From Harriotta raleighana (lineage: Eukaryota): a stretch of 64,000 nucleotides of DNA. The position numbers were made by a program, and so were the translations under genes. The stretch is from assembly GCA_050575255.1 (NCBI GenBank), contig JBNZDD010013638.1, forward strand, positions 51,530 to 115,529, in the 5' to 3' direction. Of this stretch, positions 1 to 14,025 are shown piece after piece. Numbering within the stretch: the first letter of the stretch is position 1; every line of letters begins with the position of its first letter. The notes under the pieces are model-generated. The model made no database searches. It was not told where the DNA came from and was given only the letters and a program-made list of their open reading frames with translations.

Positions 1-714
1 GCATTTGTGTGTTGCCATTTGGTTGGTGTAGTTGCCGGTTATTATACCGTTAGGAGATTGGTCCTCCCAGTGTGAAAGACATGGGGGAAATGTGATTTTG
101 TTGTTGTGGATATAAAAGAGTCTCCAAGCTTTTCAGTGGGATTTTCTGTAAAATGCATATTGGTAAGTGAATTCTGCAGCCAATTTGCAAGCAGCAATGT
201 CCAATAAACAATCCAGTCATACAGTCATGAAGTAAATTCCCAATTTTATACGGAGGATTGTTGGCCAGAAAACTGGGATAGGCTCCATTCCCTTTTAGAA
301 TAGGGATCACAATATACATACAATACAATTCGACCACAAAATATACAGTCGATTCATTTTAGTCGATTCACTTTACAGTATTTCCTGTGAAGCTCTTTCA
401 GACGCATCAGACGTGATAGTCAAATGCAAGTATTATGATTATTAATTTGTATTTATACAGCACCTTTCATGTTGGGAGAATGCTTCATACATGCATGGCT
501 GAGCACCTTTTAAAATATGTGTTTTATTCAAAGTTTATGTCATACATTGCTTGCATATGAGTTCAACTCACTTTTGCTGTGTTCCCTTCATAAGAAAGCA
601 AACAAGGCCACATTACAAGGCAGTGCATGTAGAGAGGAAGACCTCTGGCCCGGAGAAAGCTATATCTCAAAAACAAGTTGACATTTTCTTATAAATACTG
701 TGACCCTTGGTTTG

Positions 715-1052
715 GATGTCAGCCTCGTTGAGTTAGTTAGCAATCTTGCCTCTGAGTCAGAAGGTTGTGAATACAAGCCTCACGTCAGGGCTTGCTTGAA
801 ACTCATCTATAAAGTGCTGGTGTGTGTACTGCATTGTTAGAGGTGTCGTACCACAGGTGAGTCATTAAACCGAGGTGCTGATTACCTGTTCAGGTGGATA
901 CGAAAGATCCCATAGCACTATTTGAAAAGCAAAGGGAGTTTCTCCTCGTGTCTTGGCCATCACTCCCTAAAATAAAATTTGTTATTCCCTTGGCTGTTTG
1001 TGGGACATTGCTGTGCATAAATTAGCTGCTGCATTTGCCCACAAAATAGTCA
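715..1052 (+). mobile_element. Older Deu-domain SINE (SacSINE1/AmnSINE-like), truncated by the gap
   Basis: gcctctgagtcagaaggttgtg head; ttaaaccgaggt...cctgttcaggtggatacgaaagatcccatagcactatttgaa core as I recall the Deu domain. Related copies at about 14430-14650 (-), 19560-19700 (-), 22490-22900 (-), 30715-31025 (-), 35150-35335 (-) and 53430-53640 (+). Confidence 0.65.
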
Positions 1053-1818
1053 NNNNNNNNNNNNNNNNNNNNNNNNNNNNNNNNNNNNNNNNNNNNNNNN
1101 NNNNNNNNNNNNNNNNNNNNNNNNNNNNNNNNNNNNNNNNNNNNNNNNNNNNNNNNNNNNNNNNNNNNNNNNNNNNNNNNNNNNNNNNNNNNNNNNNNNN
1201 NNNNNNNNNNNNNNNNNNNNNNNNNNNNNNNNNNNNNNNNNNNNNNNNNNNNNNNNNNNNNNNNNNNNNNNNNNNNNNNNNNNNNNNNNNNNNNNNNNNN
1301 NNNNNNNNNNNNNNNNNNNNNNNNNNNNNNNNNNNNNNNNNNNNNNNNNNNNNNNNNNNNNNNNNNNNNNNNNNNNNNNNNNNNNNNNNNNNNNNNNNNN
1401 NNNNNNNNNNNNNNNNNNNNNNNNNNNNNNNNNNNNNNNNNNNNNNNNNNNNNNNNNNNNNNNNNNNNNNNNNNNNNNNNNNNNNNNNNNNNNNNNNNNN
1501 NNNNNNNNNNNNNNNNNNNNNNNNNNNNNNNNNNNNNNNNNNNNNNNNNNNNNNNNNNNNNNNNNNNNNNNNNNNNNNNNNNNNNNNNNNNNNNNNNNNN
1601 NNNNNNNNNNNNNNNNNNNNNNNNNNNNNNNNNNNNNNNNNNNNNNNNNNNNNNNNNNNNNNNNNNNNNNNNNNNNNNNNNNNNNNNNNNNNNNNNNNNN
1701 NNNNNNNNNNNNNNNNNNNNNNNNNNNNNNNNNNNNNNNNNNNNNNNNNNNNNNNNNNNNNNNNNNNNNNNNNNNNNNNNNNNNNNNNNNNNNNNNNNNN
1801 NNNNNNNNNNNNNNNNNN
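1053..1818. other. Scaffold gap (766 N)
   Basis: Run of N, flanked by a SINE on the left and an L2 fragment on the right. Confidence 0.99.
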
Positions 1819-2230
1819 CGAGTTGGGGGATCAGGATTGGAGCAGTGCGGGGGTGGGGGAGGAGGAGGGTGATCAAAGGCATGGTTGAAGGGGAAGAAAG
1901 AGGGTGATCAAAGGTATGGCTGAAGAGAGGGGTCTTGATGGGGCTCGAAGGAGATAAGGGAAGGGTTGAGGTGGAGGTACTGTAGGATGGAGTTCCAGAT
2001 GGTGGGGGCAGAGTGGCAGAAGTCCTGACTGCCAATGATGGCTGGGTAATGTGGGCAATGTGAAGCAGGCTGGAACCCGCTGAGAGGAGAGAACAAGCAT
2101 GTTGATAGAGGGATTAGGAGGTTGCAGAGGCAAGGGGGAGTAAGGCCATGGAGGGCTTTGAAGGCGAGAACCAGGATCTTGGACTGTATCCTCTGTATCC
2201 TCTGTGTGATGGGAAGCCAGTGGAGACAGA
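1819..2230 (-). mobile_element. L2 LINE 3' fragment (approximate bounds)
   Basis: Same 3' ORF2/UTR sequence as the other copies (ggccatggagggctttgaagg...aggatcttg...agccagtggag). Confidence 0.8.
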
Positions 2231-3749
2231 CCTGAGGAGATCAGTGTCTTTAGTGTTTCTCATTAGTATTCAATGCTGTTGACAGAATTGGATACTATCA
2301 TCCTCTTAACTGAACATGACCTCCTGAGAATTAATATTGAGTTTGGAACACAGTCCTCGTGGTCTACGCTCCATAGGCATTGTGAATATAATGGTCTGGT
2401 GCTCTCTTAATATGTGCTCTGGTGAATGCTGTGTTCTTCAGTTAAAAATTCGTAACTCGTTTCTGCACTGCCTTTGTCAGTTCAGGTTAAGGAAAAGACT
2501 GGTTGGAAAGAAACGTGAGCAGGCATTAAAACAGCTTTTACACTCCCACTGACACCGCTATTGTAGAATTTAAAAAAAAAAAAAACATTCTGTGTGAAAT
2601 AACCCCAAAACTGAAATGTTTTATACTGTTGGCTGTCAGTCATCTGAGTGTTTACGATGTATAACTTTAAAAAATGAACGCTTCACAGTATTTTTCCCAA
2701 CTCACATAATTCTAATCTGTATAAATCATATAATCACCCAAGTTGTACATCTGCCCAAGTCGTGTTGAATTTCCTATTATAGTATTTACATAAACTCATA
2801 CTTTGCATAAATCATTCAATGTATGGTTCCAATTGGTGAAACTTATCTAACTAAGGTTGTCCATCCTTGGGAACTAAATTAAATGTAGTACAGTATACTA
2901 TGAATCCCATAATTACGTGTGTGTGTGTATGTGAGCATAACATAGCAAGAATTCAGTTCATGATTCAGCTATGCCAACAATTACTACTAAACTTTCTCTT
3001 TCTATAGAAAGCACCCCCCTACCCCACTTCACACTCATTCTTACCTCTTGTGTTTCATTCCATTCTACATTTTTCATCACTCACTGCAATATGCACACCT
3101 TGTTTAAAAAAAACACAAAGCACATGGCCCTTGAGGATTGCATTGTGAGACTGCATTGTGGTTTGTTAAGTTGATGAAGATGACTAGCTGGATTGGTTAT
3201 AAATGACATGAATCGAGCCTGACAGAAAGAGGATATGGTGGGTTCACAGATGGCAATGTCTCGGCACCCTGCGGACACTGGCATTTTCTTGTAAACAAAC
3301 CTTGCACTTCATCTATTGAATCACAGAATGAGGAGCTGAGGTTGATAAGATCCTAGTTACCTAGCTAATCTCATGCTCTTCAACACAGTCTGAAATGAGA
3401 AAATACTGCTGTGAGTAAGCATATGAAGCGTTACTCTCAGTCAAATAATAGTGAACGATGTTGACACCATTATTAAGTAAAACTGTTCTGCAGAAACCAG
3501 CTGCTTACCCACAACACAGTTGAAGGTAACTACTGAATAGACTGTGTGACCTCAGCTGAGTAGGCAGTCTACCCCCTTCCCAAAACATGTTCAAAATGCT
3601 GGCCCAGCTGAACAGTGACATATGGCACTATGGCAAAACTGCAATTAGACTAAAGCTAGTGTAAACACAGACACCACCGGTTATTCACCATTATTGGAGC
3701 TGACCTAGTTTGATTCAACTCCATCCCCTAACCCCCCCACCTCACTCTC

Positions 3750-4250
3750 CAAATAAAAAAGGCCCAGGGACTGCGGGATGGAGTTCTAGAGGTTGGGGGG
3801 GTAGGTCGGGGTACATGGAGCAGGCTGGGAACCCGCTGAGTAAAGGGAGTGGGCAGGTTGGTAGGGGGCTAGGAGGTTGCAGAGGTAGGGTGTGGGTGAG
3901 TCCATGGAGGGCTTTAAATGTGAGGACCAGACTCTTCTGGGTGATGCAGAGCCAGTGGAGTCGGTTGAGGGTGGGGGAGATGGAGTCACAAAGATTGGAG
4001 TGATAGAGGAAACCGGATGCCGAGTTCTGGATTATCTGCAACTTATGGAGGGAGGAATTGGGAAGGCCGACAAGCAGGGCATTGGCATAGTTGAGCTGGC
4101 AATATTGTGGAGGTGAGGGAAGGCAGATCGGGTCATGGCTTGGATGTGGGGGAGAAAAGACAGTTGAGGATAGAACAAGATACTTAGGTTCCTGACTGGC
4201 TTGGTGATGTTGAATGTGCAACCATGGAGGTTGATGCTGCCAGTGCCTGG
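3750..4250 (-). mobile_element. L2 LINE fragment (approximate bounds)
   Basis: ORF contains LNYANALLVGLPNSSLHKLQIIQNSA...ISPTLNRLHWL...LVLTFKALHGL. Confidence 0.88.
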
Positions 4251-6098
4251 TGACATCTCTTTTAAGCATTTCACAAGGTTTTACTGTGAAGAGTAGTGAG
4301 TATAATAATACTTATATTTGGTATAGCATCTTTCATGTTGGGAAGATATCCCAAAGCGCTTCACTGGATACACAGTATGGAGGTGTGATTGTTTTTGTGG
4401 TTGAAATGTGTATTTTATAGATGTTTACCTAAAAAGAACAGGAATCAAAGATCATTTCACCCACAAATTATATAGTCAATTCACTCTACAGTATATTCTG
4501 TGAAGCACTGTGAGATATCTTGAACACATAACAAGGTACTGTATCAAATGCAAGGATTATTATTATTGGGTGGTGACATGGCAAAACCATTGAGGTGAAT
4601 GGTTGGGTTCCTCCGATCAGGGACTGGAGGGGTGTTTTCCTCCTTCTCTTTGTCTTCCCCAAATGATCTGAGGATTAGGCTCAGAGCCTAAGACCCATCA
4701 TTGTAACTCTTCTGAATTTCTACTGAAGCCGAGTTTGAAAGACTGATCATTTCCAAGCACTGGTTACAACCTGAGCAAAAACCTGTGCAATGTTGTTTGG
4801 ACACATCACATAGCAGCCAATACCCTTCAAAATCATATGGCTTTAAATACTTCATTCAGAATATTAATGAATTTGATTACAAGGATACTGAGTTGTGTAT
4901 GTAGAATTACTATGGTCGTTTACTGTGCATCTCATTTGCACATCCCTTTAGACCAGTGAACTTACAAGCCTGCCCAAGGATTATTTGTGACCCAGCCCTC
5001 CTTCAGCTATACAGTACTATGGTGACTTGCCCAGATAAATGATGTTGCTGGGGTTGAGATTCTGTGCTATTTTCGCTCCTTTTGTCCTGTCTACGAGTTA
5101 AAGAGAAAGAATATGTTTAAGATGTAAGCCTTTCAACACATCCACAGATCAAGTCAAAGTACTGAGCTGAAATTGAAGGTCCTTTTTAGTTAATAAACAA
5201 ATGTATATCGGTCATGCAAACTTTCTTCCCCTATAGCAGGAAGGTGCAGTGCTTGATAACAATCCACTAGGAACGATCAAAACTAGAAGCTCACCCTTGT
5301 GATGCTGACAGATGTCGCCTTATTGTCCCAGAAGGATTTTGTTTACTCTGTCAGGTCTGTGCCTCCACTTTTCATTCCTTTCCTCCAGCTTCTGAAGATT
5401 TCCGAGTTCCTTTTCTCCTCCAATGGAGTACTGCTCTGCAGATGTCAATCTGGTGCTTCTGCCCCCCCCAAGGGATGCATTATTTAAGTGTTAGACCTAA
5501 ACTGGAGTGTTGGTAGGCTACTCAGTGAGCCTGATGCTGTTCCCGCCTGGGTTCCACACACAGAGGAATCTCTGAATATTGATCAGGCGTGGGAACGCAA
5601 GCTGATATAAAGGGCCTTCACTAATCTGCAGAGTGCAATTACAGCACCTCAAGTACTGCTCTGGCCTAGCACTGAGAACACTCGGAATTGGAAACTTCAG
5701 ATTTCTATAACTTAGTGCTGAAGGGAGCATTGCCTTTATCCACGAGGGGAGTGTGCAGGATGTCTGGCAACTGTTGGGAACAGCCCCTGAACATTGCGTG
5801 GAATTGTCCCCTGTCCCCCCACACAGTTAGTGAGTACAGTACCACTATACTAGACCGTGTTTATGTAAATGTTACCCACTCAGTTTTGATGCGCTTTATA
5901 TTCCAAATCTGTTTTCTACAAGAATGGTGTTATTATGATTCAGATTTGTTTGTTTGTAAAAGGAACACAATGCTAGTCTCAAGCTACAAGCGCACATCGA
6001 ATAAATAAACTCGGAATTTAAATGCCTACTTAAAATAGTTTCCATTTGACTAGCACTTTCCATCTAAACAGCTTTGTTTTCCTTCTTCTTCCCCACAG

Positions 6099-6256
6099 GA
6101 AAAAGCAATCAATCACTTTAAAAATCTCAATTGGAAATAACAGCATTGTGAAGTAATTTTGAGAAGTTTTGACAATAAGAGGAGGAAACCGCAAAGACTT
6201 GATTATTAACAACTGGCTACTCTGTGTTTACTGGGCGAGCCAACTGGCTTTTGACC
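6099..6256 (+). other. MOB3B: MOB3B 5' UTR part of the first coding exon; the non-coding first exon was not identified and probably lies upstream of the window
   Basis: Strong polypyrimidine acceptor tttgttttccttcttcttccccacag ending at 6098, 158 nt before the ATG. Confidence 0.75.
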
Positions 6257-6674
6257 ATGTCAATAGCCTTGAAGCAGGTGTTCAATAAAGACAAGACGTT
6301 TCGGCCAAAGAGGAAATTTGAGCCAGGCACTCAGAGGTTTGAACTGCATAAGAAAGCACAGGCTTCTCTGAGCTCAGGGGTGGACCTAAAAGGTGCTGTG
6401 CAGCTGCCCAATGGTGAAGACCTGAACGACTGGATTGCTGTTCACGTGGTGGACTTCTTCAATCGTATTAACCTGATCTATGGGACCATATGTGAGTTCT
6501 GCACCGAGAGGAGCTGTCCCATCATGTCAGGAGGACAAAAGTATGAGTATCGGTGGCAAGATGATCACAAGTATAAAAGGCCCACTGCACTCCCAGCCCC
6601 ACATTACATGAGCCTTCTGATGGATTGGATTGAGGTCCAAATCAATAATGAAGAAATCTTCCCAACAAGCATAG
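6257..6674 (+). CDS. MOB3B: MOB kinase activator 3B, coding exon 1 (418 nt, ends in phase 1)
   Basis: accATG start; translation [38 protein letters not shown]...[36 protein letters not shown]...[17 protein letters not shown]. The [12 protein letters not shown]-terminus matches MOB3B as I recall it. Donor G|gtaagt at 6675. Confidence 0.95.
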
Positions 6675-6699
6675 GTAAGTAACCTTTTGCATAGAGACA

Positions 6700-7338
6700 G
6701 AACAGCAATGACAAATTACATTTGTACAATAGCCTTTGTATCAGGAGGACATGGCAGGACACTGGAGAGTCAGGAATTAGGACCTGAGCAGGGGTTGGGA
6801 TCAGGAAGGGTAGAGGGCCGGCGGTACAGTTGCAGAGGAGAGTCTTGAACAAGGCCTTAAAAAAGGCAAGGGAAGGAGGAGGAGAATGGACTGTGGGAAG
6901 GTGTTCTAATGGTTGGGGGCAGAGAGGCTGAAGGCTTGACCACTAAGTAGGTGGAGGATGTGGAGCAGGCCATCTGTGGAGGGTGCAGACAGATTGATAT
7001 GGGGTTAGCAGGTCACAGATGCAGAAAGCAGCAAGACCATAGAGTGCTTTGAAGATGAGTATGAGGAATTTGAACATTTATCCTATATGTGATGGGGAGG
7101 CGGTGAAGTTGGATGAGGTTGGGGGTAATAGGATGCCTGGTGCAGGGAAGGACGTGGGCTGCAGAGTTCTGGATGATCTGCAGCTTGTGGAGGGAAGAGT
7201 GGGAAAGCCTACAAGTTGGCAGTTGGCATAGTCGAGTGTAGATCTGAATGAGGGTTTCGGCAGTCTGAGGCTTGAGGTAATGGCAGAGCCAGGCAATGTT
7301 GCCCAGGTGGGGAAAGGCAGAGGCGGTCCTGACAAGGA
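6700..7338 (-). mobile_element. L2 LINE 3' fragment; a SINE (about 7341-7555, - strand) lies directly adjacent
   Basis: AFPHLGNIAWLCHYL...SSLHKLQIIQNSAAHVL...ITP.LIQLHRLP. Confidence 0.85.
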
Positions 7339-10115
7339 TGTAATAATAATAATAATATAATAATCCTTGCATTTGATATAGCGCTTTTCATATCTTATCA
7401 ATATCTCAAAGCGCTTCATAGAATATACTGTAAAGTGAATTGACGGTATATTTGTGTGCAAAACGTGGCAGCCAATTGTGCACAGCAGTGTCCCACAAAC
7501 AGTCGTGGATTGAAATGACCAATTTTATTATCGTTTTTTTTTGATCCATTATTATGTAGGAGAGAAAAAGGCAGTTGATGATAATAAAAAAAAAGCCAAA
7601 TTTCTGGACTGGTTCAGAAAGAATTAACATAATCTCAGAATGCTAGAGGCCTGGATTTGATTCCTGGACAGGGCAAAACCTTAGTTTCCTTTCGCACCTT
7701 GAGACGTCCTCCTGATGTGACAGGCACTCTATAGATGTAATTTTGTTGTTGTTGTACTTCACATGCCTCTGTTTACCTAGCAGAAAGCAGGATCCTGATT
7801 ATTAGTCATTTCTTTTCCGGGGGTAATAATCTCTTTCAAAAAAGATAATAATTTGGTCACTGAATCCATGACTGTTTGTGGGATACTGCCATATTTCACC
7901 CACAAAATATACAGTAAATTCACTTAAAATGATATTCTGTGAAGCACTTCAAGCCATCTGAAAGATTGTGATAATGCACTGTATCCAACTAGAATTATTC
8001 AAATTATTAGATAATATTATTTGGCAGTCCTTCTTAAAAATTAAGATAATGTTGAATTTTGAAAACAATCTTAAATCCTTAATCTTAAAGGTGGAAAACT
8101 GGTTTCTAAGTTGAGACTGATTTTAAGAATTTTCCAAAATTCTGTATCTTATTTAATTTTAAGGCAATGATTTTAATACTAAGGGAGGGTAGAAGATAAG
8201 ATTATCTTAACTTGCATTGTTAGAAAACAACTATAGTATTAGAAATGGCTCTTAGAAAAAAAATATTATATTTTTAAAATTCTTTTTGTGCAATTTCATT
8301 ATTATACCAATCATTTGTATCAGTTTGAGTTTTGGAGTTAGAGATGTCCAATAATAGAGCTGTAGTGAGTACGGGAAAAGAGCTGGGTGCAATTGAAAAT
8401 TAGTGAAGGATGAAAATAACTGAACCCATTCCATTATAATCACAGAATCAGATTGTAGGATCTAGCAAAGGTCTTCAAACTAGTACAGGTTTGCAGAGGA
8501 AAGAGTGAAAGATTGGTTCCTCGAGGTTAGAAAATCAGTAACAAAGGGGCGTAAACTCAGGATTGTCATTGGGAGAGTTGAGGGGAGGTTAGAAAAAACA
8601 TTTTCAAGCTTAAAAAATGCTCAATTGGGTCTAGATTTACTCTGATCACATAGCATTTTAGAATGTCCAGAAATCTGCAAAATGTTAAATTTAGTCTTAA
8701 TATTGTAGTTGGTTTTCTGCAGTTTAACTCAAAAAGCTGACTTAGAAATTAAGGCTGTATTTAAGAATTTAGTGTATTCTAAATGGTTACACGAATAGAG
8801 TAAAAAAAAGTACAGTCTGCAAATACATAGATTTGTTTCCCTACAAAATACAGTCACTACACATTACGGTAAATCCTATGAAGCAATTTGAGATATCCAC
8901 TCGACTTGAAAGGTGCTATATCATGTGCAGGGGATATATAGTAAGCCCACTGATTTGGAATTCGTATGTAGCAGGAATGGATCTGAAAAGGATAAACCAA
9001 AATAAAATTCTATGCATACAAACCAACGTGTGTGTATAATCTCCCACCGGCCCACTTTTCTAACACATAACCCCACCTCACTGTGCTTGCTGGCCTTCAG
9101 GCAGTGATCATGCCGTGATGTCGACATTGACTCAGTTTGAAGCTGACAAACAAATTGTGCTCCCACGATTCAAACAATTACTGTACATTGCTGCTACTGA
9201 TATTTTTCAGCACAGAAAAATGCTAGTGCCAGAAAAGGCCAGTAAATACCTGTACCAGCATTGAAATTATACAAGACGGAAATTACGGCTTACCCAACCA
9301 GACTGTGAAGAGCATTGAGGCATTTCAAAGATATGGTCAGGTGCTATATCAAATGCAAGGATTATTGTTTTGTTTCGGCTGAATGGCCTCCTATTGCTAT
9401 AAATATCCATGGGGTAATGCTGGTAATACTTTATAACGTTCCTCGTGTTCCTCAATGATACTACCGTATGTGCTTTGCTTGGCAACTTTGGATTTAGTAG
9501 ACAAATTTACTGGCCTGCAAGGTCAGGCCAGGCGAGTGACAAACAGCACTGTACTGGAAGGCCTCGATTTGGATTATAACATGGAGATGGATTATAATGT
9601 TAAAGATGCAATTTATATTGGTGGCAGGAGGAATCAAGACATGTCTGAATGGATGGCTGTGTAATTGGTTTTCCTTCGTGTCTCTGTTTGTGATGTGCTC
9701 AGATCTGGAGCTGACAGTGAGCTTCAGTTACATAACCAGCCATGTGGGGACTGTCTTCAATTTTTTTTTTTTTTTTAAAAAAAAACACCTACCCTTCAGT
9801 TAAAAATTGAGGACATTTGACAAATAAAGAGAATCCGGGAATTGTTTGAGGTGGAGCATGATAAAACTGTGACTAACTGCCTGCCTGTGTTGTGACCTGT
9901 TGTCCTGGCAGTATTCTGTAACTCTTTCACTCGTACAATTTCAAGTTTTTTGACTCTTTCTAAATATTACAGTTGAAATGTGGACTTTTTTTAAAAAAAA
10001 AAGCTTCAAATAATTTTGCGTTTATTCAACCTTGCGACCTTAAATGCCTCTGTGTCAGCCTGAGTATATTGGCGATGAGTTGGTATTGGAATCTCATGCA
10101 GGGTGGACTATGATG

Positions 10116-10372
10116 TAGAGATACCCCACTTAATGTTGTTTCGGTTAACGTTGTTACGTTATTGCGTCACTGGTACTGTACATAGGGGAACATATATTAA
10201 CTTAATGTTGCGACGTTCGCTGTTACATCGTTGGCACGGGTGGAAAAGACCTATTTTGGATAGCGTAGGTGTATAGAGACGCTGAATGTCTTGCCCGGGT
10301 TTGCTTAACGTCAGCTCGCTTAAAGTCACACTTTTCGCAAACACAACTGCGACATTAAGCAAAGATTAAGTG
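10116..10372. mobile_element. Degraded Tigger-like MITE
   Basis: Repeated cttaa(c/t)gt(t/c)g motifs, with the inverted motif gacattaag at the right end; TIRs only partly matched. Confidence 0.45.
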
Positions 10373-13300
10373 TTCTTTGACACTGGTTTTAAGCTTGGTA
10401 TCTGAGACCTAGATAACAAAATGTGTGGATGTTCAGCATACTACGACTTGCTGCTGTTTTGCACATTATCACTGCTAATGTTTTTTTAATAATTAGTTTA
10501 TCTCTGGTGTCCTGCGACTATCCATTGCACTGTTTATAATAGGCACACGGTAATGGAAGCTGCTTTGCACTTCTGCCAAGTGTATCAAATTCTGGGTTGC
10601 ATGTTCCTCTCGCTTCAAATTGTAGTGACGCTGACATTGTGCACTTTATGCTGAGGAAAATTGGATTATTAGTGCATCTGATCAAAGCAACTACACTTTG
10701 TAGCAAATCCAGATTTCTTTCCGCATTTCGTGGTGTTCAATTTTGGTCAGCAAAACCCTTGTAAGTGTTGGATTCGAGCTGGAAATGCAATAATAGTCGT
10801 TTAGTCACTGGGCGTTCACTTTCTTTGCCTCGTGAAGTCAGTGTTTCACCAGATACTGGGCATGTGAACAGAAGATTGGGTGAGAATGGTCCGCTATGTT
10901 TGATGCCTGTCCTTGCCTAAACATTTGACTATAAATCTGCAAATGTCATTTTCTTTAAAGAAGAAAACCTTAGCCAAGCCGTTGTTTCTTATGCACAAGG
11001 AGGCTTTCATTTGCCAACTAAAATGGGAGCTGAGTAGCTGATAAAAGGAATGTGAATGTGCCAACTTTGTAATAGAGTTCCTTGTTTAATTAATCAACCT
11101 GATATAAGATACTGTATTCTTTCCTCTTTTGTGGCCTATGGTGTTTTAAAAGGGCAGTGCCTCAAACTGAGAAAGATGACCAGGTAATAATAAAGCTTGC
11201 ATTTGATCATAAGGACATAAGAATTAGGAGTACGCCATTCGGCCCCTCGAGCCTGCCACGCCATTCAATAAGATCATGGCTGATCTATTCTAACTCCACC
11301 TACTCGCTTTATCCCCATATTCCTTAATCCCTTTATTCACATGAAATCTATGATATGGCGCCTTATCCAGAGATGCATTATTTGAATATAAATTTGTATT
11401 AATTGCCACAGGATGTTACTGTGAAGTGGAGTGACTGTGCATTTGTAAGTAAATTCAAATGCAGTGCATTAGGGAAGCATATTTTTAAACAAAATACTGT
11501 ATTTATTTGTTGGTAAAATATATATTTATACTCATCTCCAAAAAGAAACAAATCCTGTGACTGAAAGAAGCAACGCAACATGTTATTATCCCGTTATAGG
11601 GCGCAACAGATCTGGCCTCTTTTGGCGGGGAGAGGTTGGGGTTGCCTCTGCACAATCCACTTTGGTGGAGGGACCTCTGGGTTCTGCTACCCTTTTCAGG
11701 GCACAGTTATGAATGGGGTCTTGTAATCCCCTCCCTCGCTGTCGCCCAACCCCTTTATGGGAAGTGTGGGCAGGTTAACAAACATGCAAGATGTGCAGAC
11801 ATTTTGGGATGCTCCCTTTTTAGTACAGTCTGGAAACATCATTGTGTGATCACTCTATAGTAGTATACAAGCCCACACTCTGATACAGCAGTAACCACAT
11901 TGGCCATTCTCCTCAAGACCCTGGTGGGAAGCCAGGTTCCCTCTGCCTTCTGGCTGTTTGGTTATTAATGTGAAATTAATATTGGACTGTCTCAGACCAA
12001 TATACACTAGGAGTAGCCCAGTAAACACTATTGAGCTGTTCCCCAATCCAACACTCCCCAATCCAATTCTCGTGACACAGAATTATTTTTACATTCACAA
12101 TTTCATAGCACTTCTGCGCCTACAGAATGTGCCCCCTCCTCCACTCCTGTTAAATGGCATTTGAAGCAAAAGCAATCTTTAACCTGAGTGGCTGAAGCCC
12201 ACTGGCTCCCCTCGCAGGGCTGGGTGGTAAATGTCATTACCATTCAGCCTTCCAAAAGTCCCCACAAACACCAACTTGGATTTGTACACAACAACAGCTT
12301 GCATTTATATTCATGCTCTTCACTAAGGGTAAGCAGATATCTTGGGGAGAGCTTATGTAATAGCAGCTTTACTCAGGATAATGTTTCACAGCTCTTGCCA
12401 GTGATGTGTTGGACACTGAACAAAGAGGAAGGGGATAGGGAGGGTGACCATAGGCGCTGTTGAAGAGGTAGATTTTAATGTGGGAGGCAGGGCATTCCAG
12501 GGAGTGAGCGATAATGTCTGAAGACTTGACCAAAGGTGATGGCACAGATGGGATGGGGAAATACCAAGTAGATGATTACTACTAATGTTTGTGAACCTCC
12601 ATAAAGATAATGGATGAAAGAAAGAGTTAAGGATTATAAAATCACTGTGTTTGTTGGCGCAGCAGCTGGGGGTAGACGAGGTAGTTTTGGAAGAGAATTT
12701 AAAACCCATTTACCTCTTTTTGCTCCGATAACTTTCCCATGGCTGCAGATGTTTCTGGCAAGTGAGTGTAGTGGCAAAAATTTCCTTTTGGGATTGCTGA
12801 AGGGGAACTGTCACAATGTGTATTTAGCATTGTCTGGTGTTTTCCCTCAGAAAATATCTTTTTCCAGTGGTCTGACTTTGCCATTCCTGTGGTCAGAAAA
12901 AAATGTTATTACTACTCCCATTTCCGAATTGAGCTATTTGTAGAAGTTCTAATTTGTGACGTTTCATACCCGAGTCCTCTTCCTAAGCCAGGGCTCGGAG
13001 CTCAGTTTTTTTTTGTATGTGTGTTTGTTTGGGGGTTTAGGAGGACTTGGTGCTTGTATGATTGATTGGCTGGTTGAGTAAATGACTGACTAAGCGACGG
13101 GGAAATAGTGAGAGAGTCGGGCAATGTTGTTTGTGCACCATTTGTACAGCAAACTCCAATGCACACAAGTCCACATTGGCATTTCAGTGCAAAGCTGCAT
13201 TATCAGTAGTGCTGTGGTACATCAAGGTTGATGTTAAAGATCCCATAGCACTGCTTGAAAAGAGAAGGCCATCAATCCCCCAGATAAAATTGTTCATCCA

Positions 13301-13394
13301 TTTTTCGACTGGTTTAGGGACATTGAGGTGTGTAAATTGACGGCCATATTCGTCTATAAGAGCATACTCACCACTATGCTCTTTTGTATTTTAA

Positions 13395-14025
13395 GAACAA
13401 CTAAATTAACATTTATAGAGCGCCTTTCACGTCGGAAGGATGTTCCAAGGCGCTGAACTGTCAGGGGTCAGGCCCCGAGCATGGGGTAGGGGCAAGGGGA
13501 ATGGGGAGGGGAGGTCGAGAGGTGGGAGGGTGGCACAAGGCACAATCAAAAAGGAGGACCTTGAGACTGACCTTGAAGGAGGCAAGGGAGGAAGCAAGGT
13601 GAAGGGATTGTGGGATGGAGTTCCAGAGTGGGGGCAGAGAGGCTGAAAGCGCGGCTATCAATAGTAGAGAAGGCTGGTTCAAGGGATATGGAGCAGACCA
13701 GAGCCTATTGTTTGGAGGTGGTGGGCAGGTTGGTATGGAGTCAGCAGCTGGAGAGGTACGAAGGAGCAAGGCTGTGGATGGCCTTGAAAGTGAGGACGAG
13801 GATCTTGAATTCGATCCTCTGTGGAATGGGGAGACAAATGGAGCCATGCGAGGGTGGGAGTGATGGGGTTACAGAGTCTGTTGCAGGAGAGGACACGAGC
13901 TGCAGAGTTTTGGATGATCTGCAGCTTGTGAAGCGAAGAGCTGGGAAGGCCAACGAAGAGGGAGTTTCCATAGTTAAGCTTTGATGCATGGTTGAGGGTT
14001 TCGGCAGTCTGGGGGGTGAAGCAGT
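13395..14025 (-). mobile_element. L2 LINE 3' fragment (approximate bounds)
   Basis: CLPIPQRIEFKILVLTFKAIHSLAPSYLS; LWNSIPQSL...SLASFKVSLK; complete tail. Confidence 0.9.

Noticed and set aside
998-2035. 296-aa and 337-aa ORFs
   Set aside because: Artefacts of translating through the N gap; the flanks are SINE and L2 sequence.
1-6098. Nested type I interferon gene (human IFNK lies within the first MOB3B intron)
   Set aside because: No interferon-like ORF or exon is recognisable in the visible part of the intron; the rest of the intron is outside the window or in the gap.
6224-6256. N-terminal extension of MOB3B from the ORF-track start
   Set aside because: The track starts at a non-ATG codon; the conserved start is accATG at 6257.
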